This document shows positions 1 through 6,935 of a stretch of 32,000 bases of DNA, piece after piece. The stretch comes from Candidatus Saccharimonadota bacterium (lineage in GTDB: Bacteria > Patescibacteriota > Gracilibacteria > UBA1369 > 2-02-FULL-48-14): contig OZ246396.1 of the NCBI GenBank assembly GCA_965230905.1, positions 630,001 through 662,000 of the forward strand, read 5' to 3'. Position numbers and translations under genes: made by a program. The notes under the pieces were generated by a model. The model was given only the letters and a program-made list of their open reading frames with translations, ran no database searches and had not been told where the DNA came from. The stretch's first letter is position 1; each line of letters starts with the position of its first letter.

Positions 1-384
1 CTGCGAACAGCGGCCGATCAGGCCGCCCTGTGGGAAGGCCTCCGTGATGGAACTATTGATTGCATCGCGACCGATCACGCGCCGCACACGGTGGAAGAAA
101 AACAAAAGCCGATGGAGGAAGCGCCCGCCGGCGTGCCGGGAGTGGAATTTATGCTGCCACTGATGCTCAATGCCGTTAATGAAGGCAAGCTCACGCTGGA
201 AAAATTGGTGGAGCTGACCAGTGAAAATCCGGCTCGGATATTTGGGGTGCAGGCGGCTGGGTACGTCTTGGTGGATTTGGATTTGGATAAAACCATTGAA
301 AATGCCGACATCCTTTCCAAGTGCGGGTGGTCTCCCTACAAGGGGCGGCAAATTAAGGGCTGGCCCATTCAGGTTTGGCTTTAA
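1..384 (+). CDS. pyrC: dihydroorotase, C-terminal fragment (5' end lies outside the window)
   Basis: Frame 1 is open from base 1. The translation LWEGLRDGTIDCIATDHAPHTVEEK contains the D-x-x-x-TDHAPH motif typical of dihydroorotases. Stop TAA at 382-384. Neighbours are pyrD/K/E/F. Confidence 0.85.
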   Translation: MRTAADQAALWEGLRDGTIDCIATDHAPHTVEEKQKPMEEAPAGVPGVEFMLPLMLNAVNEGKLTLEKLVELTSENPARIFGVQAAGYVLVDLDLDKTIENADILSKCGWSPYKGRQIKGWPIQVWL

Positions 385-410
385 CAAGCGCTCGGTTGCC
401 ATTTTCCGTA

Positions 411-438
411 TTGACTAGACGGCGCTTTGTAGTAGACT
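411..438 (+). promoter_or_regulatory. candidate sigma70-type promoter for the surface-protein gene
   Basis: TTGACT (411-416), 16-nt spacer, TAGACT (433-438), about 35 nt before the ATG at 473. The -10 is imperfect. Confidence 0.35.
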
Positions 439-472
439 GACCACCTGTCTATTTTGTCTAACCCCCGTACAA

Positions 473-2389
473 ATGCAAAGCATCAGTTCTCTTAACCGCC
501 TAGTCCGTATCTTAGGGCTTGGAGTGTTTATGTTTAATATTCTCGTTGTTTCAACGGGGGCTTCTGAGTTCGACTTGGATGAGGATGGAATGCCCAATGA
601 GTGGGAAGAAGCCTATGGACTTAATCCAAACGATGCTAGCGATGCCTCTATTGATTTAGATCGAGACGGGCTCACTAGTCTTGAAGAGTATACGCTTGGT
701 ACGGACCCTCTCAATCCTGATACGGATGGAGATATTTGGGGAGATGAAGAAGAAATCTTCAACGGAACTGACCCACTTGTTTTTGAAGCGGCTGATTTGG
801 ATGTTTTGGACATTATTATGAACTCTGCTACTGGTGAAATCAGTTATGTTGTGACTAACTTGGGAAATTTGGACGTGGACTACGTGATGGAAACTGGTGC
901 TACGACCGTTTACCTCAATTATGGTGAAGAGGACGAGGCTATTTATTCTTATGATTGGAACTCAGAGATGACGATAGGAACTTGGACCGGAACCTTCTTT
1001 TTGACCGGTAGCAGCGAGACCATTTCTACTGGGCTCGGTTTAATCTCTGGAGAGCACAGTGTGATGGTTTGTATTGATCCCGCAGCTAATCATGGAGAAA
1101 GTGTTTCTGAGCTCGAAAACTGTGAAATTGAAAGCTTTACGGTAGGCCCTGACCTCACGGTTACAGATATTAGCTTTGAGGGAGACTCTGTATATGTGGA
1201 TCTTGCAAATATCGGAGACTTCGATGCAAATGCCGAAGTACCTGGAACTATTACGACTACAAATGGTGTAAGTGAACAAATTTATGCCTGGACTGATTTG
1301 AACGATGGTGAGCAAGACTTTTTGTCTGCCAATGGGACTACTTTGAATTTTGAATCTTTCGAAGATACTTCTGCGTTTGTAGATGGAGATACTGTTCAGG
1401 TTTGCGTGGACAGTAACGATCTTGTTAATGAACTGAATGAAAGCAATAACTGTCTTACCGAGGTTTACTCAGATGGAGTTTTCACGGTTGAGGCTGGTGT
1501 GGACGAAGGAATTGGATTTGGGACTGAGTATACTTTGAAGGCGTATGCTGAAGAAGCGCTTTCACTCGACTCTGCTGTGGTAAATTGGGGCGATGGTGCA
1601 GTGCAAACCTTGACGCAAACGATTGATGGAGACCGGATAAATCTTGGTGCCGTTCACACCTATCCTGCTCCTGAAACCTATACCGTAACGGTTTGTGCCA
1701 ATGATGGTAGCGAGACGGTTTGTGACATTGTTCGTATCTCTATAGTGGGAAACAGTTCAGGCGGTTCAAGCTCTTCTAGTTCATCCAGCACAGGTGGTTC
1801 AGGCGGCTCAAGCGGCTCTGACGATAGTTCAACAGATGAAGACGTGGATTTGGCTGGAGAAGAAGACCAAGACGTGACTCTCACTGAAGAAGAGGAAGCG
1901 GCTGCAGCAGATTGCAGTGCAATGGTATTTGAAGATGTGTCTGAAGATGACGACTTTTATGATGGAGTTTGTGAACTCTGGGCAGCAGATATCCTGCACG
2001 GAAAGTCAGCTGACTTCTTTGATGCTGAAGACGTGATTCGTCGTGATGAAGCTTCTAAGATCTTCACTCGATGGTTTGGATACGTGACTGAGGCTTACGG
2101 AGAAACTCCTGAGGCTGAAGGTATTTTTGACGACGTGGACACTACCGACCCTTTGGCTTACTACGTTGAAGTAGCGCATGAAGAGGGAATCGTAACAGGA
2201 GATATCGACACGGAAGAAGCGTACTTTATGCCTCACGATGCCATCACGGCTCAGGGAATTGCAGATGCCCTTGAGGAGATTCTGGGAGACAATGAGGCAG
2301 GTGAACAGCTCGACGAAGAGGGTTATGTGAGTGAAGACACTATGACTCGTGGAAACTTCGTAGAATTCCTCTACGGACTGACTCGCTAA
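473..2389 (+). CDS. secreted multidomain cell-surface protein: signal peptide, TSP3-like Ca-binding repeats, CARDB-like domains, PKD domain, Ser/Gly linker, acidic region, SLH-like repeats
   Basis: 638-aa ORF with an ATG start. Hydrophobic N-terminus LGLGVFMFNILVVSTGASE. DxDxDG repeats (DLDEDGMPNEWE, DLDRDGLTSLEE, NPDTDGD). CARDB-like signature VDSNDLVNELNESNNC. PKD signature NWGDG...HTYPAPETYTVTV. SSGGSSSSSSSSTGGSGGSSGS linker. SLH-like FEDVSEDDDFYDGVCELWAADILHG and FDDVDTTDPLAYYVEVAHEEGIVTG. Confidence 0.75.
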   Translation: MQSISSLNRLVRILGLGVFMFNILVVSTGASEFDLDEDGMPNEWEEAYGLNPNDASDASIDLDRDGLTSLEEYTLGTDPLNPDTDGDIWGDEEEIFNGTDPLVFEAADLDVLDIIMNSATGEISYVVTNLGNLDVDYVMETGATTVYLNYGEEDEAIYSYDWNSEMTIGTWTGTFFLTGSSETISTGLGLISGEHSVMVCIDPAANHGESVSELENCEIESFTVGPDLTVTDISFEGDSVYVDLANIGDFDANAEVPGTITTTNGVSEQIYAWTDLNDGEQDFLSANGTTLNFESFEDTSAFVDGDTVQVCVDSNDLVNELNESNNCLTEVYSDGVFTVEAGVDEGIGFGTEYTLKAYAEEALSLDSAVVNWGDGAVQTLTQTIDGDRINLGAVHTYPAPETYTVTVCANDGSETVCDIVRISIVGNSSGGSSSSSSSSTGGSGGSSGSDDSSTDEDVDLAGEEDQDVTLTEEEEAAAADCSAMVFEDVSEDDDFYDGVCELWAADILHGKSADFFDAEDVIRRDEASKIFTRWFGYVTEAYGETPEAEGIFDDVDTTDPLAYYVEVAHEEGIVTGDIDTEEAYFMPHDAITAQGIADALEEILGDNEAGEQLDEEGYVSEDTMTRGNFVEFLYGLTR

Positions 2390-2415
2390 GAATCTTGTAA
2401 GAAATTAGTTGAAAG

Positions 2416-2448
2416 GCCCTTCTATAGTCAGAAGGGTCTTTTATTTTT
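2416..2448 (+). terminator. rho-independent terminator after the surface-protein gene
   Basis: Stem GCCCTTCT / AGAAGGGT (8 bp including one G-U), 6-nt loop ATAGTC, then CTTTTATTTTT. Confidence 0.7.
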
Positions 2449-2541
2449 ACTGGTTTCAGGGCTTGTAATTTTAAGGCCTGCGTGGTTTTATGCAGAAGAA
2501 CCCAAGGCACTTTAGTGCCTATCAAGGAAAATCATTATTAC

Positions 2542-3483
2542 ATGGCTGACCTCTCAGTAGAATTCTGCGGTGTGAAGTTCAAGAACCCAATCGTTCTCGC
2601 TTCCGGCATTTTGGGTGTTACCGCCGATAGCATGGCGCAGGTGGTGCGCAACGGAGCCGGGGGAGTGACGAGCAAATCGCTCTGGCCCTATGAACATATG
2701 GGGCATCCGAATCCGACGATCATTACGAGCGAGCACTATATGCTCAATGCGGTGGGAATCCCGGATGCGGGGCCTGAAAAGGCGAAGGAGGAAATTGCTC
2801 GGTACCGTGAGGTTTGTGACGCACCTTTTATTGCAAATATTGTGGGCGGCGTGATGGACGACTACGCGGCGATTGCGGCGGAAGTGGCGCTGATGGGGCC
2901 GGACATTGTGGAGCTGAATATTTCTTGCCCGAATGTGGAAGATGAACTGGGGAAACCGATGGCGTGTTCTGTGGCGAAGTCTTCGGAAGTCACCAAGTTG
3001 GTGCGGAAAGTTTTGAATGAAAATGGGGCGGGGAAAATTCCGCTGATTGTAAAATTGTCTCCGAATGTGGAGAACATCGTGAGCATTGCGAAGAGCGTTT
3101 TGGAAGCTGGGGCGGATGGGATCACGGCGGTGAATAGCGTGGGTCCGGGAATGGCGATCGATATCGATTTTGCGCAGCCGATTTTGGCGAATAAGGTGGG
3201 TGGACTCACTGGGCCGGCCATCAAACCGCTGGCTATAAAATATGTGTATGACATTTATCGCGCGACCAAAACTCCGATCATTGGAACGGGTGGAATTTCG
3301 ACCGGACGCGACGCGATTGAAATGATGATGGCGGGCGCGACTTTGGTTGGAGTGGGCAGCGCGGTGTGGCTGCGCGGCCAGGATGTGTTTGGGAAAATCG
3401 TGAACGAAATGAATGAGTGGTGCGATGCAAACGGAGTTAAAAAACTTTCAGACTTAATCGGAAAAGTTCATGCAAATCATTAA
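2542..3483 (+). CDS. pyrD: dihydroorotate dehydrogenase class 1B, catalytic subunit
   Basis: MADLSVEFCGVKFKNPIVLASG N-terminus, active-site context ELNISCPNV, and TGGISTGRDAIEMMMAGA FMN-binding C-terminus. I prefer ATG 2542 over the track's GTG 2482, which adds a non-homologous 20 aa. Confidence 0.9.
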   Translation: MADLSVEFCGVKFKNPIVLASGILGVTADSMAQVVRNGAGGVTSKSLWPYEHMGHPNPTIITSEHYMLNAVGIPDAGPEKAKEEIARYREVCDAPFIANIVGGVMDDYAAIAAEVALMGPDIVELNISCPNVEDELGKPMACSVAKSSEVTKLVRKVLNENGAGKIPLIVKLSPNVENIVSIAKSVLEAGADGITAVNSVGPGMAIDIDFAQPILANKVGGLTGPAIKPLAIKYVYDIYRATKTPIIGTGGISTGRDAIEMMMAGATLVGVGSAVWLRGQDVFGKIVNEMNEWCDANGVKKLSDLIGKVHANH

Positions 3484-4282
3484 TACATTGCCGGTTGCGA
3501 TGACGGTGAAAGAGATCCTGACCGAAACGGAGCAGGTGAAAACCTTTGTGCTGGATGGAAGTGTGGGAGCGAAGCCAGGGCAGTTTGTGAATGTGTGGAT
3601 TCCACGACTCGATGAAAAACCTTTTTCCGTGGCGATGGATAACGGACTGGAACTACATTTATCCATTGCGGCGGTGGGGCCTTTTTCGAACGCCATGCAC
3701 GAGCTGAAAGTGGGAGACAAAGTGGGAATTCGTGGACCGTTTGGAAGCACATTTAGCTGTGAGCCGGGGCAGCACCTCGCGTTTTTGGCCGGAGGCTATG
3801 GCGCAGCGCCGCTGTACTTTTTTGCATACGAAGCGGTGGCTAAAGGTTGCACGGTGGAATTCATTGTGGGTGCACGGCGCGCGGATTTACTCCTGTTCAC
3901 GGATCGTATTTCAAAATTGAAGGGCGTGAATTTGCACACCGCCACCAACGACGGCAGCGCGGGTTATGCGGGGTTCAACACGGATGTTTTGAAAAAAATT
4001 CTCGACGAAGAAAAAATCGACTGCGTGTATACGGTTGGGCCCGAAATCATGATGATGAAAGGTATGCAGATGGCCGAAGAAAAAGGCTGCGCCGCGCAAA
4101 TTTCTGTGGAGCGTTACATGAAGTGCGGCTTTGGAGTGTGTGGCAATTGTTGTGTGGATGGACTCGGAGTTCCGAGCTGTATTGATGGCCCCGTGATGCC
4201 GCTGGAAAAAGTGAAACAGCTTAAAGATTTTGGAAAATACCACCGCGATAAACTCGGTAAAAAACAATATTACAATTTCTAA
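3470..4282 (+). CDS. pyrK: dihydroorotate dehydrogenase 1B electron-transfer subunit (FAD / 2Fe-2S)
   Basis: 270 aa. C-terminal cluster motif CGFGVCGNCCVDG...PSCIDGP. Overlaps the pyrD 3' end by 14 nt, the usual pyrD-pyrK pairing. Confidence 0.85.
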   Translation: MQIINTLPVAMTVKEILTETEQVKTFVLDGSVGAKPGQFVNVWIPRLDEKPFSVAMDNGLELHLSIAAVGPFSNAMHELKVGDKVGIRGPFGSTFSCEPGQHLAFLAGGYGAAPLYFFAYEAVAKGCTVEFIVGARRADLLLFTDRISKLKGVNLHTATNDGSAGYAGFNTDVLKKILDEEKIDCVYTVGPEIMMMKGMQMAEEKGCAAQISVERYMKCGFGVCGNCCVDGLGVPSCIDGPVMPLEKVKQLKDFGKYHRDKLGKKQYYNF

Positions 4283-4285
4283 ACC

Positions 4286-4930
4286 ATGGAAAACTATCCT
4301 CTCGGTATTGCGCAAGATCTGCTCGCTACGGGCGCGTTCAAAATTTCGCTCGATCCGCTTTACACCTGGACCAGTGGAATTAAATCGCCGGTTTACTGCG
4401 ACCTTCGGGCGCTGATTTCCAACGTGAGTGCACGCCGTTTAATTGTGGAAGCCTTTCAAAAAATGTATCCGCGCGTTGCGGAGGCTGATGTGATTGCCGG
4501 CACGGCTACGGCTGGAATTCCGTGGGCGGCTTGGCTCGCGGAGGCTCTTGGCAAACCCATGGTTTATATTCGTGGGGCTGCCAAGGAACATGGAACTAAA
4601 AAGCGCATTGAAGGAGATTTGAAGCCGGGACAAAAAGTGGTGCTGGTGGAGGATCATGTGTCCACGGGAGGCAGTAGTATTTCTGCGGTGGAGGCACTTA
4701 GGGAAGAGGGGCAGGCCAGTGTGGACTGCATTGTGGCCATCAATACCTACGAACTTCAAAAGGCGGCAGATCAATTTGCAGCGGCACAGGTGGACGTATT
4801 TACGCTCACCAATTTCACCGTGATTTTATCGGCGGCGAAGGCGCAGGGGCTCATCGACGATGCTAAGGAAGCGCTTTTACTCGATTTCCGAACCGATCCG
4901 GCGACTTGGGCTGGAAAGCATGGGCTATAA
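4286..4930 (+). CDS. pyrE: orotate phosphoribosyltransferase
   Basis: 214 aa. PRPP-binding loop VVLVEDHVSTGGSS. N-terminal FKISLDPLYTWTSGIKSPVYCD resembles OPRTases. Starts 3 nt after the pyrK stop. Confidence 0.9.
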   Translation: MENYPLGIAQDLLATGAFKISLDPLYTWTSGIKSPVYCDLRALISNVSARRLIVEAFQKMYPRVAEADVIAGTATAGIPWAAWLAEALGKPMVYIRGAAKEHGTKKRIEGDLKPGQKVVLVEDHVSTGGSSISAVEALREEGQASVDCIVAINTYELQKAADQFAAAQVDVFTLTNFTVILSAAKAQGLIDDAKEALLLDFRTDPATWAGKHGL

Positions 4931-4942
4931 GAAGCTTAAGGC

Positions 4943-4971
4943 TTCCCGCGTTTTTAAAAACGTGCTATAAA
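4943..4971 (+). promoter_or_regulatory. candidate extended -10 promoter for pyrF
   Basis: TGcTATAAA at 4963-4971 (TGn extended -10). Weak -35 TTCCCG at 4943-4948 with a 17-nt spacer. A CGTTTTT/AAAAACG palindrome lies within the spacer. ATG is 21 nt downstream. Confidence 0.35.
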
Positions 4972-4992
4972 ATTCAGGATTAACTTTCTTTT

Positions 4993-5937
4993 ATGCACTT
5001 TGCAGACCGATTGACCGCCGCCATGAAAGTCAAGAATAGTGTGGTTTGTGTGGGACTCGATCCGCAGGCAGCTAAGATTCCGGCTTTTTTGCTCAAAGAG
5101 GCGGAGGCTGAACACGGCAAGACCTTGAAGGCCATGGCCTATGCGTATTTGGAATTCAACAAAGGGATTATTGAAGCGGTGAAGGATTTGGTGCCCGCGG
5201 TGAAGCCGCAGCTCGCGTTTTATGAAGAGCTTGGCTCGGCGGGAATCTGGGCTTTTGAAGAGACTTGCAAGTATGCGAAGGCGGCCGGCTTGCTGGTGAT
5301 TGCCGATGGAAAACGGAACGACATTGGGTCAACGGCAGAGGCTTATGCGAATGCCTTTTTGGGCGGAACCACTGTGTTTGGCGAAAAAATTATGGCCTGT
5401 GAAGTGGATGCGCTGACGGTGAATGGCTACCTCGGCTTCGACGGAATTCGGCCTTTTTTGAAAGCCTGCGAAAGTGAAGGTAAGGGAATTTTTGTTTTGG
5501 TGCGCACGAGCAATCCTTCGAGCGGCGATTTGCAGGAACGGGTGACGGCGGACGAAAAAATGAGCATCGCGGATCTGATGGGACATTTTGTGGAATCGTG
5601 GGGTGATGACGGTGTTAGCGAGTGTGGCTACTCCTTTGTGGGAGCGGTGGTGGGCGCCACGTATCCGGCGGAAGCAGCGAAACTACGTAAAATCATGCCA
5701 CGGGCCTTGTTCCTTGTGCCGGGCTACGGCGCGCAGGGTGGAACGGCGGCGGACACCAAACCCTGCTTCGACGAAAACGGTTTCGGAGCCTTGGTGGTGA
5801 GCGCGCGCGGGATCATTTATGCTTATGCCGAAGGTGACGATAAAGAGGGCCGCAACTATGCGGAGGCGGCGCGGGCGGCGGCGGAGAAGATGAACGCTGA
5901 ACTCAATCAAGTTCGGTCAAACCACAACGGTATATAG
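4993..5937 (+). CDS. pyrF: orotidine-5'-phosphate decarboxylase, long (type 2) form
   Basis: 314 aa. VGLDP near the N-terminus and DGKRNDIGSTAEAY (type-2 D-x-K-R-x-D-I-G-x-T motif). LVPGYGAQGG near the C-terminus. Confidence 0.85.
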   Translation: MHFADRLTAAMKVKNSVVCVGLDPQAAKIPAFLLKEAEAEHGKTLKAMAYAYLEFNKGIIEAVKDLVPAVKPQLAFYEELGSAGIWAFEETCKYAKAAGLLVIADGKRNDIGSTAEAYANAFLGGTTVFGEKIMACEVDALTVNGYLGFDGIRPFLKACESEGKGIFVLVRTSNPSSGDLQERVTADEKMSIADLMGHFVESWGDDGVSECGYSFVGAVVGATYPAEAAKLRKIMPRALFLVPGYGAQGGTAADTKPCFDENGFGALVVSARGIIYAYAEGDDKEGRNYAEAARAAAEKMNAELNQVRSNHNGI

Positions 5938-6693
5938 TTTTTGCCATTCGGCTAGCGTCAGGTCCTCGGCTCGGGTGTCCGGGTTTATTTCAAGTTTCAC
6001 TAGCATTTCGCGAATTTCGGTGGTGGGTTTGCGCAGTGCAGCCGAAAGGTTGTTGGTGAGTTTTTTACGTTTCTGAGCGAAACTGATGTGGAAAAGCCAG
6101 ATGAGTTTTTTGAGATCGCCTTTTATGGCCGGCTCGGGGCGCACGCGAATTTTGATCACGGCGGAGTCCACTTGTGGCACGGGACGGAAGGCTTGCTTGG
6201 GCACAATGCACACCATTTCCGGTTCGCCGAACAAATGCACCTGCAGGGAGAGCACGGAATGCTTTTCCTTCTTTGCCACAATCTTTTCCGCCACTTCTTT
6301 TTGCACCATGATCACGAGCAGCGTGGGTGGATTGCCGTCCATGAATTGCTCAATCAAAAAGTGATTCAGGATTGGCGAAGTGATGTAATAAGGGATGTTT
6401 GCGATGAGTTTGTAGGGCATGGTGGGCGGCACAAACGTGAGCGCATCTTGGTGCACGAGGGTGAAGTTTTTGTTCGTTAAGTAACCGGCTTTCAGGCCGG
6501 GGATGAGGTCGTCGTCGAGTTCAACGGCAATCACGTGGCCGGCTTTTTTCACGAGTTCATCGGTTAGGAAACCGCGGCCAGGTCCAATCTCAACCACGGT
6601 GTCTTTTTCGCTGAGTTCACTGGCATCCATGATCTTGCTGAGCACACCCAGGTCGTGGAGAAAGTTTTGGCCGAGACGTTTTTTTGCGTACAT
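5917..6693 (-). CDS. rsmA: 16S rRNA (adenine1518/1519-N6)-dimethyltransferase
   Basis: 258 aa. KKRLGQNFLHD start and SAM-binding VVEIGPGRGFLT. IANIPYYITSPI motif. Confidence 0.9.
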   Translation of the reverse strand: MYAKKRLGQNFLHDLGVLSKIMDASELSEKDTVVEIGPGRGFLTDELVKKAGHVIAVELDDDLIPGLKAGYLTNKNFTLVHQDALTFVPPTMPYKLIANIPYYITSPILNHFLIEQFMDGNPPTLLVIMVQKEVAEKIVAKKEKHSVLSLQVHLFGEPEMVCIVPKQAFRPVPQVDSAVIKIRVRPEPAIKGDLKKLIWLFHISFAQKRKKLTNNLSAALRKPTTEIREMLVKLEINPDTRAEDLTLAEWQKLYTVVV

Positions 6694-6935
6694 TACCAGG
6701 GTAGGGTGATTAGGTCTGGAATTCTAACAAGTTTCCGAGCATCTGAAAAGCCGCTTATGATTTCGATGTTTTCCTGGTGCACATGCAGCGACTCGGCCAG
6801 AAACCGAATCAGCTCCTCGTTTGCGCGGCCTTTTTCTGGCACGGCTTTGAGGCGAATCTTTAAAGTGCCGTCGCTCATAGTTGCGACGTATTCTGTTTTC
6901 TTAGCACGCGGAATCACTTTAATTTGTAGATGCAT
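6693..6935 (-). CDS. DUF167 / YggU-family small protein
   Basis: MHLQIKVIPRAKKTEYV...LKIRLKAVPEKGRANEELIRFLAESL resembles the YggU family. I prefer ATG 6935, which shares one base with the ATPase TGA, over the track's TTG at 6971. Its stop TAA shares one base with the rsmA ATG. Confidence 0.65.
   Translation of the reverse strand: MHLQIKVIPRAKKTEYVATMSDGTLKIRLKAVPEKGRANEELIRFLAESLHVHQENIEIISGFSDARKLVRIPDLITLPW

Noticed and set aside
1750-1815. Near-duplicated 17-mer and Ser/Gly codon repetition, which looked like a tandem repeat locus.
   Set aside because: It encodes an in-frame poly-Ser/Gly linker within the surface protein. It is a low-complexity coding repeat, not an independent repeat element or CRISPR-like array.
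2482-2541. Upstream-extended starts offered by the ORF track: GTG 2482 for pyrD, ATG 22671 for rplF, TTG 11533 for rplM, TTG 6971 for DUF167.
   Set aside because: The extensions add residues with no counterpart in the well-known N-termini of these families. Each would overlap a terminator, an intercistronic element or the upstream gene. An in-frame ATG matches the canonical N-terminus in each case.
4159-4176. CTCGGA-GT-TCCGAG palindrome resembling the CTCGGC/GCCGAG hairpin family.
   Set aside because: It lies inside pyrK coding sequence (GLGVPSC) on the plus strand, has a 2-nt loop, is not next to a stop codon and lacks the flanking CCTGT/CTAAAC motifs. It is probably coincidental.
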